A stretch of 64,000 nt of DNA from a virus. A model generated the notes under the pieces. That model was not told the origin of the DNA. It saw only the letters and a program-made list of their open reading frames with translations, and did not search any database. Location: positions 31,587 to 95,586 of IMG/VR virus record IMGVR_UViG_3300044716_000844; one strand, written 5' to 3'. A program made the position numbers and the translations under genes. Each line of letters starts with the position of its first letter. The stretch's first letter is position 1. Below are positions 20,665 to 29,704 of the stretch, piece after piece.

Positions 20665-21816
20665 ATGAAATCATTTAAAAAAATCCTAGAAACTGTTTAC
20701 CGCCCAAAAGGCGGAGATGAACAGGCTTTTCTTGACAAACATGTCATTAATGTTCTAGCTCATCCAACTGCTACTGAGTTTCAGTTCAAAGGTGCTAAGC
20801 CGCCAAAGGCTAAGCGCAAAGCTGACTATGATGAAAAAGAAGATCAAAAGGTTTATGAAGCAGCTGAGGTACACACCAAGCGCGCTGACAAAGAACCAGT
20901 CATTGTTCGTGCAGTAGATCCTAAGACGGGTGCTAGCAAGACAAAGGCCGTCATGCGTCGTGCTGGAGAGATTAAAATTGGTGAAGAAGTCGAGCTTGAC
21001 GAATCTATCACAAAGATGTCCGATGCACGTCTAAAGTTTCATGCTACAAAAAACGTACCACACGGCAGCTATACTCGTAAAGAAGTAGAAGATGAACATA
21101 AACGCCGGATGAAAACTGGTGGTATTTCATATACTTCTGTTAAGCCTTCATTGAACGAAGATGCCGATCTTGACGAGAAAGTAGATAATCCATACGCAGT
21201 CGGCATGGCTGCTGCTATGAAGTCAACTGGTGATACACCTCCTTTGAAGAAATCAACTATCGTTAAAGGTCATGAGATCGCAAAGAGCATCAAGAAAGAA
21301 GCAATGGATCCAGTCGGTAAGCACGATGCTGATATCGACAACGACGGTGACACTGACAAGTCTGACAAGTACTTAATCGCTCGTCGTAAGGCGATTGGCA
21401 AAGCACTTCGTAAAGAAGAAGCAGATCTTGAAGAAGCTACAGACTGGATTGTACATGTTCATAAGCCAGTGAATAAACTAAAGGCTGGTCAGTTTGTAAA
21501 AGTAAAAGCGCGTAACCAAGCAGAAGCAATTCGCAAAGGTGCTGCGAAGCATGGTGACGATTCAGCAAGACATGGTGACTTTCTTCGTGCAAAGAAGATG
21601 AACGAAGAAACCGAAGAACTTGATGAAGCTTTCAAGATTGGTGCGATGAAACTCAAAGATGGTTCTTCTGTAACACTTACTCGTGAAGATGTTGATGCGT
21701 TAAACAGTTTGTCTAAACTTCTTAATAGCGCTAATCAATCCAAAATGCAGGATCAAGTGACATCTAGTAAAAAAGAATTTAATCAAATCCTAGCATTTGC
21801 AAAGGAAGCAGTGTAA
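20665..21816 (+). CDS. Prohead core / internal head protein with repeated protease-site-like motifs (383 aa)
   Basis: Between gp67 and gp21; starts MKSFKKILE; repeated (L/I/V)xE junctions. Confidence 0.6.
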   Translation: MKSFKKILETVYRPKGGDEQAFLDKHVINVLAHPTATEFQFKGAKPPKAKRKADYDEKEDQKVYEAAEVHTKRADKEPVIVRAVDPKTGASKTKAVMRRAGEIKIGEEVELDESITKMSDARLKFHATKNVPHGSYTRKEVEDEHKRRMKTGGISYTSVKPSLNEDADLDEKVDNPYAVGMAAAMKSTGDTPPLKKSTIVKGHEIAKSIKKEAMDPVGKHDADIDNDGDTDKSDKYLIARRKAIGKALRKEEADLEEATDWIVHVHKPVNKLKAGQFVKVKARNQAEAIRKGAAKHGDDSARHGDFLRAKKMNEETEELDEAFKIGAMKLKDGSSVTLTREDVDALNSLSKLLNSANQSKMQDQVTSSKKEFNQILAFAKEAV

Positions 21817-22064
21817 TGGTTGATATTATTCTTAAGCCAACTGGTACTCAGGTAAATATTTCTACCGCGAATACCGTTCATAACTCAACGTTGGTGCGGG
21901 TTTACGCACCAACTGAAGCCCTTGTTACATACTCTGATTCTACTAATGCTACAATTGGTACTATCACGATTCCTGCTGGATTTGTTGAAATTATGGAGAA
22001 ACTCCGTACGGATAAACTCTCGGCGAACACGACAGTCTGGGCTACTCCATTGGCTTATAAATAA
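21816..22064 (+). CDS. Hypothetical head-module protein (82 aa)
   Basis: TAATG coupling; ORF. Confidence 0.6.
   Translation: MVDIILKPTGTQVNISTANTVHNSTLVRVYAPTEALVTYSDSTNATIGTITIPAGFVEIMEKLRTDKLSANTTVWATPLAYK
22056..22063 (+). promoter_or_regulatory. Late promoter TATAAATA (gp21)
   Basis: Exact consensus just upstream of the gp21 RBS. Confidence 0.75.
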
Positions 22065-22081
22065 AGAAAAAGGAGATTAAT

Positions 22082-22741
22082 ATGGCCTTACTTATTAAAG
22101 ATATCGTCGAAGAGGTTCAGTATATTACTGAAGCTACCGAAAAGGGTGAAAAGAACTATTACATCGAAGGTATCATCATGCAAGGTGATATTAAGAATCG
22201 TAATGGCCGTATTTACCCGTCAAACGTTTTAATGCGCGAAATGAATCGTTATAACGAGAACTATGTGTCAAAGAATCGTGCATTTGGCGAACTTGGCCAC
22301 CCACAGGGGCCAACCATTAATCTTGATAGAGTTTCACACCTATTTACAGAATTAAGAGCCGATGGTTCAAACGTTGTAGGTAAAGCTAAAATTACTAAAA
22401 CTCCTATGGGTGATGTTGTTAAAGGACTCATCGATAGCGGTGCTCAATTAGGAATTTCTTCCCGTGGAATGGGATCTGTGAAGCCAAATGAAAAGGGCAT
22501 CATGGAAGTACAAAATGACTTTATGCTTGCTACGGCAGGTGATATTGTCGCAGACCCATCAGCTCCAGATGCTTTTGTAAAAGGTATTATGGAAGGTGTT
22601 GAATGGATCTACGACGTTGCGGCTTCTTCATGGACAGTGGCAAACACTTTTGATCAAATTGAAGAAGAAGTAAAAAAATCGAAGCAGATCGATGAAGCCG
22701 CTGCTTTAAAGATGTTCGAAAAGTTCTTAAAGAGCATGTAA
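22082..22741 (+). CDS. gp21: Prohead protease gp21
   Basis: NRNGRIYP, GELGHP, GISSRGMGS, DIVADPSAPDAFV. Confidence 0.96.
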   Translation: MALLIKDIVEEVQYITEATEKGEKNYYIEGIIMQGDIKNRNGRIYPSNVLMREMNRYNENYVSKNRAFGELGHPQGPTINLDRVSHLFTELRADGSNVVGKAKITKTPMGDVVKGLIDSGAQLGISSRGMGSVKPNEKGIMEVQNDFMLATAGDIVADPSAPDAFVKGIMEGVEWIYDVAASSWTVANTFDQIEEEVKKSKQIDEAAALKMFEKFLKSM

Positions 22742-22760
22742 TTAACAAAATTTGAAATAT

Positions 22761-22768
22761 TATAAATA
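22761..22768 (+). promoter_or_regulatory. Late promoter TATAAATA (gp22)
   Basis: Exact consensus, intergenic. Confidence 0.8.
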
Positions 22769-22806
22769 ATATTGATTATTTGAATCATCACAAAGGAGAA
22801 CCTTAA

Positions 22807-23724
22807 ATGGATGTAAATCTAGAAAAAGGGTTAGAGGAAGCAAAAGCAACTGGCGAAGACTCAATGTCAACCGATCCAGTTACACCAGCTGGCGGCGCAG
22901 TAAAGAAGCGCAAAGCAGATGCTTTCAAATCTGACTCGACTGCGCAAGCAGACAACGTTGAAAAGAACGTTAAGACCCCACAGGGCAGCAACAATGCTGG
23001 TCTACATGAAATGATCGAAGCTATCTTTGGTGATGCAGATCTTTCAGAGGACTTCAAGAGCAAAACCACAACATTGTTTGAAGCAGCTCTCCATGAGAAA
23101 GCTGAAGCAATTCGTGCAGAGCTTGAAGAGCAGTTTGAAGCTGATCTTAATGAGCAAGTTGAAGCTATTGTAGAAGACCTTACCGACAAAGTTGATTCAT
23201 ACCTTGACTACGTCGTTGAGAACTGGATGAAAGAAAACGAAGTCGCTCTTGAGTCTGGTTTCAAAGTTGAAGTTGCTGAGTCAATCATCGCTGGCCTTAA
23301 GTCACTTGTCGAAGATCATAAGATTGATATCGAAGACGAAGAGCTCGAAGCACTTGCAGCAATGGAAGAAGAAGTTGCTCAGTCTACTGCTAAGTACAAT
23401 GCTCTATTCGAAGAGCTTCTTGCAGAGCGTGCAGAGAAGGAAGAGCTTCAGAAGAATGCAGCGCTTTCACACTTCACTGAAGGCATGGTAGCAACTGATG
23501 CAGAGCGCTTCAAGGTTCTTGCAGAAGGCGTTTCTTATGAGTCAGTTGATGACTTTGCTAAGAAGCTTGAGACCATCAAAGAGTCATACTTCACTGAGCA
23601 AGTTGTTCGTGCAGAAGATCAAGCAGAAGTCCTCGAGGAAGAAGTAGAAGAAGTAAAGGCTCCTGTACTTGAACCTTCGGTTTCGGCTTACGTCGCATCA
23701 CTAAACAAATTTAGTAAATCTTAA
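22807..23724 (+). CDS. gp22: Prohead scaffold gp22
   Basis: LSEDFKSK..TLFEAA, VDSYLDYVVENW, KLETIKESYF. Confidence 0.92.
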   Translation: MDVNLEKGLEEAKATGEDSMSTDPVTPAGGAVKKRKADAFKSDSTAQADNVEKNVKTPQGSNNAGLHEMIEAIFGDADLSEDFKSKTTTLFEAALHEKAEAIRAELEEQFEADLNEQVEAIVEDLTDKVDSYLDYVVENWMKENEVALESGFKVEVAESIIAGLKSLVEDHKIDIEDEELEALAAMEEEVAQSTAKYNALFEELLAERAEKEELQKNAALSHFTEGMVATDAERFKVLAEGVSYESVDDFAKKLETIKESYFTEQVVRAEDQAEVLEEEVEEVKAPVLEPSVSAYVASLNKFSKS

Positions 23725-23728
23725 TTTA

Positions 23729-23736
23729 TATAAATA
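23729..23736 (+). promoter_or_regulatory. Late promoter TATAAATA (gp23)
   Basis: Exact consensus, intergenic. Confidence 0.8.
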
Positions 23737-23771
23737 TACTAGATTAAATCCATCAAAGGAGATCATAAAAA

Positions 23772-25055
23772 ATGAGAAACGAAGAACTATTGAAGAAGTG
23801 GGGCCCAGTGCTTGAGCACACCGCTCTTCCATCGATCAAGGATGCACATCGTAAAGCTGTCACCGCTCAGCTTCTCGAGAACACCGAAGTCGCTATCCGG
23901 GAAGGTCAGACATACGGTTCTGGTTCTTTCCTTACAGAAACCCCAGTGAACAACACTGGCGTTGCTGCAAACTACGATCCAGTGCTTATTAGCCTTGTTC
24001 GTCGTGCAATGCCTAACTTGATCGCATACGACATTGCTGGCGTTCAGCCAATGACTGGCCCAACCGGCTTGATCTTCGCAATGCGTTCAAACTACGCAAA
24101 CACCACCGCCGCAACAGCAGAAGCTTTCTACGGCGAAGCTGACACTGACTTCTCAGGCACCGGCACAATGGCTGGTTCAACCGGTAACGTTGCTACTGCA
24201 AACACTGGTACTGGTATGTCAACAGCAGCTGCTGAAGCTCTTGGTGACGGTGCTGGAACTGACTTCGCACAAATGTCATTCGACATTTCGAAGGTTACAG
24301 TTTCTGCTAAGAGCCGTGCGCTTAAAGCAGAATACACCAGTGAACTTGCACAGGACTTGAAAGCAATTCACGGCCTTGACGCTGAGACTGAGCTTGCAAA
24401 CATGCTTCAGGCTGAGCTTCTTGCAGAAATCAACCGTGAAGTTGTTCGTACAGTCTACAACACTGCAGTCACCGGTGCACAAACTGGTACAGCAACCGCT
24501 GGTATCTTCGACCTTGACGTTGACGCAAATGGCCGTTGGTCAGTTGAGAAGTTCAAGGGTCTTATGTTCCAGATCGAGCGCGAAGCTAACCAGCTCGCAA
24601 AAGACACCCGTCGTGGTAAGGGTAACATCATCATCTGCTCGTCAGATGTTGCATCTGCTCTTCAAATGGCTGGTATCCTTGACTACACCCCAGCGCTTAA
24701 CAGCAATGCTCTTAACGTAGACGACACCGGCAACACCTTCGCAGGTGTTCTCAATGGTCGCTTCCGCGTATACATTGACCCATATGCTGGCGCAAACTAC
24801 ATGGTTGTCGGCTACAAAGGTTCTTCACCTTTCGACGCTGGTATGTTCTACTGCCCATACGTTCCACTACAGATGGTACGTGCAGTTGGTGAGAACAGCT
24901 TCCAGGCTAAAATCGGCTTCAAAACCCGTTACGGCATGGTTGCTAACCCATTCGCAAAAGGCGCGACCAGATGGGTTGACGGCGATAACGATTCGGGTCT
25001 TACCAATAACTCGAACAGATACTACCGTCGCGTTCGCGTCACCAACATCCTCTAA
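23772..25055 (+). CDS. gp23: Major capsid protein gp23
   Basis: LVRRAMPNLIAYD..GVQPMTGPTGLIFAMR, ELAQDLKAIHGLDAE, FYCPYVPL, GFKTRYG. Confidence 0.98.
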   Translation: MRNEELLKKWGPVLEHTALPSIKDAHRKAVTAQLLENTEVAIREGQTYGSGSFLTETPVNNTGVAANYDPVLISLVRRAMPNLIAYDIAGVQPMTGPTGLIFAMRSNYANTTAATAEAFYGEADTDFSGTGTMAGSTGNVATANTGTGMSTAAAEALGDGAGTDFAQMSFDISKVTVSAKSRALKAEYTSELAQDLKAIHGLDAETELANMLQAELLAEINREVVRTVYNTAVTGAQTGTATAGIFDLDVDANGRWSVEKFKGLMFQIEREANQLAKDTRRGKGNIIICSSDVASALQMAGILDYTPALNSNALNVDDTGNTFAGVLNGRFRVYIDPYAGANYMVVGYKGSSPFDAGMFYCPYVPLQMVRAVGENSFQAKIGFKTRYGMVANPFAKGATRWVDGDNDSGLTNNSNRYYRRVRVTNIL

Positions 25056-25084
25056 TAAAAAGAGTAGGGATAACCTACCAGAAC

Positions 25085-25108
25085 TGGGAGCCTTCGGGCT
25101 CCCATTTT
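25085..25108 (+). terminator. Rho-independent terminator after gp23
   Basis: TGGGAGCC-TTCG-GGCTCCCA followed by TTTT. Confidence 0.85.
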
Positions 25109-25117
25109 CGTTGGTGC

Positions 25118-25125
25118 TATAAATA
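25118..25125 (+). promoter_or_regulatory. Late promoter TATAAATA (gp3)
   Basis: Exact consensus after the terminator. Confidence 0.8.
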
Positions 25126-25150
25126 TAGTAGGTATCAACTGAGGTAATTC

Positions 25151-25642
25151 ATGCAACAGAATTTTCTTTCTCCTACTGGATTTAGATTCATAGTCAAAAG
25201 GCTACCAAACGTTTCGTTCTACGTACAGTCAGCAAGTATTCCAGGCATTAACATGGGATTTACACCAAACGCTACGCCGTTTAGAACCCTCAAATATGCT
25301 GGTGACAAATTAAACCACGAGTCGTTTACTATCACCATGCGTGTAGATGAATACATGGAATCTTATAATGAGATATATAACTGGATGGTTGCGCTTACAA
25401 AGAATGAATCATATTCGCAGTTTGCAGATCTAAAGGCGAGTGAATACGGTTTGTACTCAGATGCTTCTCTCGTTGTTCTAAACAGCCGTCAAAATCCTTC
25501 GCTCGAAGTTACTCTCAAAGATGTATTTCCGGTATCGCTTAGTGAAATTCGATTTGATACAACTCAATCAAGTATCAACTACGTTACCTGTGATGTCACG
25601 TTCGAACACAACGGACATACAGTGAACCGAATAAACGGTTGA
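25151..25642 (+). CDS. gp3: Tail completion protein gp3
   Basis: NFLSPTGFRF...PNVSFYVQSASIPG, YNEIYNWM, FPVSLS. Confidence 0.85.
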   Translation: MQQNFLSPTGFRFIVKRLPNVSFYVQSASIPGINMGFTPNATPFRTLKYAGDKLNHESFTITMRVDEYMESYNEIYNWMVALTKNESYSQFADLKASEYGLYSDASLVVLNSRQNPSLEVTLKDVFPVSLSEIRFDTTQSSINYVTCDVTFEHNGHTVNRING

Positions 25643-25667
25643 CATTTCCCTTCATCTGTAATATTAT
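25639..25667 (+). promoter_or_regulatory. Sigma70-type promoter for uvsY-uvsW
   Basis: TTGACA-N17-TATTAT. Confidence 0.75.
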
Positions 25668-25693
25668 AGTATGAAAACGTGAAGGAGATGATG

Positions 25694-26128
25694 ATGGATA
25701 TTGAAACACTTTATAACGAATGGGCTAAGGACGGAGAAATTGATCAATCAAACATCTCCAAGTCAACCACAGACATCCCGAAGCTTCACAATAAATACTT
25801 CAGATGGTATGTCGAAGAAGGCTTGAAACTCAAGAAGCTGAAAGCCGAATACAAAGTTCTCTACAAGCGCAAAGGCGAATGGTACCGTGGAGAACTTGAC
25901 GACGAGGAATTAAAGGAACACGGTTGGAAACCACAGCCCCTCAAAATTCTTCGAGCTGACGTGCCGTCATATCTTGAAGCCGATGCCGACGTTATTAGGT
26001 TGTCGCTGAAGATTGGACTTCAAGAAGAGATTGTAGCATATCTCGAATCAATCATTAAACATATTAGTAATAGAAACTTTCTGCTTAAAACAATCGTAGA
26101 TTGGGAGAAGTTCAGAACAGGGGCATAA
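25694..26128 (+). CDS. uvsY: Recombination mediator UvsY (start among ATGs 25688/25691/25694)
   Basis: IPKLHNKY, YLEAD, YLESIIK..SNRNF..K..DWEKF. Confidence 0.88.
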   Translation: MDIETLYNEWAKDGEIDQSNISKSTTDIPKLHNKYFRWYVEEGLKLKKLKAEYKVLYKRKGEWYRGELDDEELKEHGWKPQPLKILRADVPSYLEADADVIRLSLKIGLQEEIVAYLESIIKHISNRNFLLKTIVDWEKFRTGA

Positions 26129-27585
26129 TGGATTTAGTAACTGTTGAAAAAGTGAATGAGGTGTTTGTTCGTGTTCTAGCAGAACCTTCGTTGAAGATGG
26201 AAATGTCTGAGCACTTTACTTTTGAAGTGCCAGGAGCTAAGTTTATGCCTGCAGTCCGAAATAAAGTTTGGGACGGCAAAGTGCGTTTGTTAAATACCAT
26301 GACTGGATATATCTATGCGGGCTTGGTTCCATACATCAAAAAATTCTGTGACCAGCGCGGTTATGAATGTTCCGTATCAAAAGAGCTTGGTGAAACAGAA
26401 GCTGTACCAGATGATTACGGCTATGACTTAGCGCAACAAGTAGATGCTGCATTCGAAGTTCGTGATTACCAGAACGATGCTATTGTACATGCCATTCGTC
26501 AAAACCGTGCCTTGTTCTTATCACCAACAGCATCCGGTAAGTCATTCATCATCTACCTGATTATGGCTCACCATCTTATGCTTGATCGTAAAATTCTTAT
26601 TGTCGTCCCTACTACTTCACTAGTAGATCAAATGGCTTCAGATTTTGTTGAGTATAACAAAGGAAAGAAGCTAGACATCCATAAGATCCGTGGCGGTATG
26701 GAAAAGAACGTTGATGCAGAGATTACTATTACTACTTGGCAATCTGTCTATAAGATGCCTAAAACTTTCTTTGAAAAATTTGACGTAGTCTTTGGTGATG
26801 AAGCCCACAACTTTAAAGCAAAGTCTCTTACATCCATCCTTGAGAAGATGCCGCATGTGAAGTATCGTTACGGTCTCACTGGTACGCTCGATGGTACACA
26901 GACACACAAGCTTGTTCTTGAAGGTTTGTTTGGAACGGTGTTTACAGTAACGAAGACAAAGAAACTTATCGACGATAATGTTCTCTCTAGCTTTAAAATT
27001 AAAGCGCTAGTACTTAAATATCCAGATGATATTAAGAAAGCAAATAAGGGTAAGTCATATCAAGAAGAAATCGATTGGATAGTTCGAAATCAATCACGAA
27101 ACATGTTCATTCGAAATCTAGCTTGGAATCTTCCTGGTAACACACTTATTCTTTTCCAATATGTTGACAAACATGGCCAAGCTTTGTTCGATATGCTCAA
27201 TAAGTCTGAAGAGCATAGCGTGTACTTTGTTCACGGCGGCGTGAAAACCGATGAACGAGAAACCATACGCCATGATGTAAGAAAGACAAAAGGTAACATC
27301 ATTTGTGCTTCTTACGGTACGTTTTCTACAGGTATAAATATTCCAGAGTTGGACAACCTTATCTTTGCTTCTCCTTCTAAAGGTCGTATTCGAAATCTTC
27401 AGTCTATCGGACGAGTACTTCGTAAAGGCAAAGACAAATCATCTGCAGTACTATATGATGTAGTTGACGACTTACAGTGGAAGAATACTCAGAACTTTGC
27501 AGTTAAGCACTTCATGGAAAGAGTCAAGATCTATAGTGAAGAAGGTTTTGAATTTAAGATCTATAATGTAGATGTGAAAGGATAA
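26128..27585 (+). CDS. uvsW: DNA helicase UvsW
   Basis: SPTASGKS, GDEAH, GLTGT, STGINI, LQSIGRVLR. Confidence 0.95.
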   Translation: MDLVTVEKVNEVFVRVLAEPSLKMEMSEHFTFEVPGAKFMPAVRNKVWDGKVRLLNTMTGYIYAGLVPYIKKFCDQRGYECSVSKELGETEAVPDDYGYDLAQQVDAAFEVRDYQNDAIVHAIRQNRALFLSPTASGKSFIIYLIMAHHLMLDRKILIVVPTTSLVDQMASDFVEYNKGKKLDIHKIRGGMEKNVDAEITITTWQSVYKMPKTFFEKFDVVFGDEAHNFKAKSLTSILEKMPHVKYRYGLTGTLDGTQTHKLVLEGLFGTVFTVTKTKKLIDDNVLSSFKIKALVLKYPDDIKKANKGKSYQEEIDWIVRNQSRNMFIRNLAWNLPGNTLILFQYVDKHGQALFDMLNKSEEHSVYFVHGGVKTDERETIRHDVRKTKGNIICASYGTFSTGINIPELDNLIFASPSKGRIRNLQSIGRVLRKGKDKSSAVLYDVVDDLQWKNTQNFAVKHFMERVKIYSEEGFEFKIYNVDVKG

Positions 27586-27587
27586 AC

Positions 27588-27953
27588 ATGAAAGATCAAG
27601 TTTTACACCACGTCAAGTTAAAGAACGGAGAAGATCTTCTTTCGTTTGTAAACTACAATGACAACCAAGTAGAGTTGCATGCTCCCATCTCAGTACAGAT
27701 CGATCCATCTCTTGGCATCTTCGCGAAGAGTTGGTTGTTACTTACCGAAGGGAACAGCGTAGTGATAGCTACAGACTTTGTAGTCTTTGCAAGCAAAGCT
27801 TCGAATAAAGCGGTTAACTACTACGAAGAATTCATGCACCGCATTAACGAAAGATCACAGATCAAACAGATGGAAGAAGACTCAGAATTTACTTCTGAGC
27901 TGGAAGAGCTCTTTGCAGCCTTAGTAGAATCCAAAACAGCTACTAAGAACTAA
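27588..27953 (+). CDS. Conserved hypothetical protein between uvsW and gp55
   Basis: VKLKNGEDL N-terminus; conserved position. Confidence 0.65.
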   Translation: MKDQVLHHVKLKNGEDLLSFVNYNDNQVELHAPISVQIDPSLGIFAKSWLLLTEGNSVVIATDFVVFASKASNKAVNYYEEFMHRINERSQIKQMEEDSEFTSELEELFAALVESKTATKN

Positions 27954-28027
27954 TATTTCAATACCATAAATTCATTATACCCACTTCTACGCAGATGTCA
28001 ACCAAAAAGTTGAACTGAAAAGACTTG

Positions 28028-28056
28028 TTGACATTTTTGTACAGATATGATATACT
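28028..28056 (+). promoter_or_regulatory. Sigma70-type promoter for gp55-47-46
   Basis: TTGACA-N17-TATACT with TGn extended -10. Confidence 0.8.
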
Positions 28057-28085
28057 TAGTCAATAACACATGAAAAGGAGGGAGA

Positions 28086-28646
28086 ATGACCCTTACACCG
28101 AGAAAAAAGCGGAACTATGTGAACAACGCAGAGTTCCTTGAAGCAATGATCAAGTACAAAAAGGCTGTACGAGAGGCAGAAGACAGTGGCGAAGAACCAC
28201 CTCGCATTCCAAACTACATTGGTGAATGCCTCTATCAAATTGCTAACAGATTAGCATATAAGCCAAACTTCATTAACTACACATACCGTGACGACATGAT
28301 CGCTGATGGTCTTGAAAATGCGATCATGTGTGTTAACAACTTTGATCCAGAGAAGTCGAGCAACCCATTTGCGTACTTCACTCAGGTCATTTGGTTCGCA
28401 TTCATCCGTCGTATTCATAAGGAAAAGAAGCAAACCTATATTCGCCATAAAGTTATGGAAAACTCCCTCATTTCTGATACTGCCTTTGAACGCGGTGTTG
28501 ATAGTGACTTCAATGCTGCTTCCATGCGAGAGATGACAAACGACCGCATGAATGACTTTGTTGAAAAGTATGAAGCCAACATTCAAAGCAAAAAGAAGCC
28601 ATCAGCAAAGAAAAAGGGTCTTGAGAAGTTTATGGGTGAAGAATGA
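28086..28646 (+). CDS. gp55: Late-transcription sigma factor gp55
   Basis: NYVNNAEFL, NYIGEC, PNFINYTYRDDMI.DG, NPFAYFTQ. Confidence 0.95.
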   Translation: MTLTPRKKRNYVNNAEFLEAMIKYKKAVREAEDSGEEPPRIPNYIGECLYQIANRLAYKPNFINYTYRDDMIADGLENAIMCVNNFDPEKSSNPFAYFTQVIWFAFIRRIHKEKKQTYIRHKVMENSLISDTAFERGVDSDFNAASMREMTNDRMNDFVEKYEANIQSKKKPSAKKKGLEKFMGEE

Positions 28647-29704
28647 AAGTAGCGGTTATTACTGACCAACACTTCGGAGTTCGAGGTGATAGTATCATAT
28701 TCCTCGATTACTACGAAAAATTCTATCGTGATGTATTCTTTCCTGCACTTGAAGCCCGTGGAATCGATACTGTTCTAGATCTTGGTGATACCTTCGATCG
28801 TCGTAAGTATGTTAACTTTGTTACGCTTCGCCGTGCTAAACAGATGTACTTCACACCACTCAAGGAGCGTGGCATCACCGTTCATTCAGTAGTAGGTAAC
28901 CACACTACCTATTTTAAGAATACGAACGAGATCAACACAATGGAACTACTACTCAAGGAGTATGACAACTATCATGTTTACACTCATGAGCCCGTTACTG
29001 TTACTCTTGGAAGTTGCGATATTCTGTTATCGCCTTGGATCTGCCCCAGCAACGCAGAAGTTTCTTTCAAAACTTTTAAGGAAACGACAGCAAAAATAGT
29101 AATGGGTCACTTTGAGTTTGCTGGATTCGAGATGATGAAAGGTCAAGTATCTGATCATGGTCTAGAACGTAGCGAATTCAAGAAGTTCCTTGCAGTATAC
29201 TCAGGCCACTATCACCACCCGTCAAGCCACGAGAACATCACATACCTTGGTGCTCCATATGAGATGACCTGGACTGACTACGCAGGTAAGCGTGGATTCC
29301 ACATCTTCGACACTGAGACCCTTGAGATGGAGTTCATTGCTAATCCGTTCTCTATCTTCCACAAACTGGATTATGATGATGCTGACCTCACTGTAGAAGA
29401 TATTGAGTCTCTTGATGTTTCTATGTTGACATCTGCCTACGTTAAGGTTATAGTTAAGAAGAAGAACAATCCATACATCTTCGACTTGTTTATAGACAAG
29501 TTACAATCTGCAGGTGCAGCTGACATCAAGGTAGTCGAAGACCATTTGAACTTCGACATCATAGATGAAGGTGAACTCGTGGATGAAGCACAGGATACTT
29601 TGTCTCTACTTCGTGTGTATGTAGATAGTCTAGAAGTCAAAACAAACAAAGAACGAATCAATACGTTTTTGCGTGATCTTTACCAGGAAGCAGTGAGTCT
29701 TTAA
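28643..29704 (+). CDS. gp47: Recombination endonuclease subunit gp47 (Mre11-like)
   Basis: TDQHFG, LGDTFDRRK, VGNH, GHFE, SGHYH. Confidence 0.95.
   Translation: MKVAVITDQHFGVRGDSIIFLDYYEKFYRDVFFPALEARGIDTVLDLGDTFDRRKYVNFVTLRRAKQMYFTPLKERGITVHSVVGNHTTYFKNTNEINTMELLLKEYDNYHVYTHEPVTVTLGSCDILLSPWICPSNAEVSFKTFKETTAKIVMGHFEFAGFEMMKGQVSDHGLERSEFKKFLAVYSGHYHHPSSHENITYLGAPYEMTWTDYAGKRGFHIFDTETLEMEFIANPFSIFHKLDYDDADLTVEDIESLDVSMLTSAYVKVIVKKKNNPYIFDLFIDKLQSAGAADIKVVEDHLNFDIIDEGELVDEAQDTLSLLRVYVDSLEVKTNKERINTFLRDLYQEAVSL

Noticed and set aside
27333-27340. TATAAATA inside uvsW (also 45500-45507 inside gp62)
   Set aside because: Intragenic matches in AT-rich DNA may be chance; not listed as promoters without transcript data.
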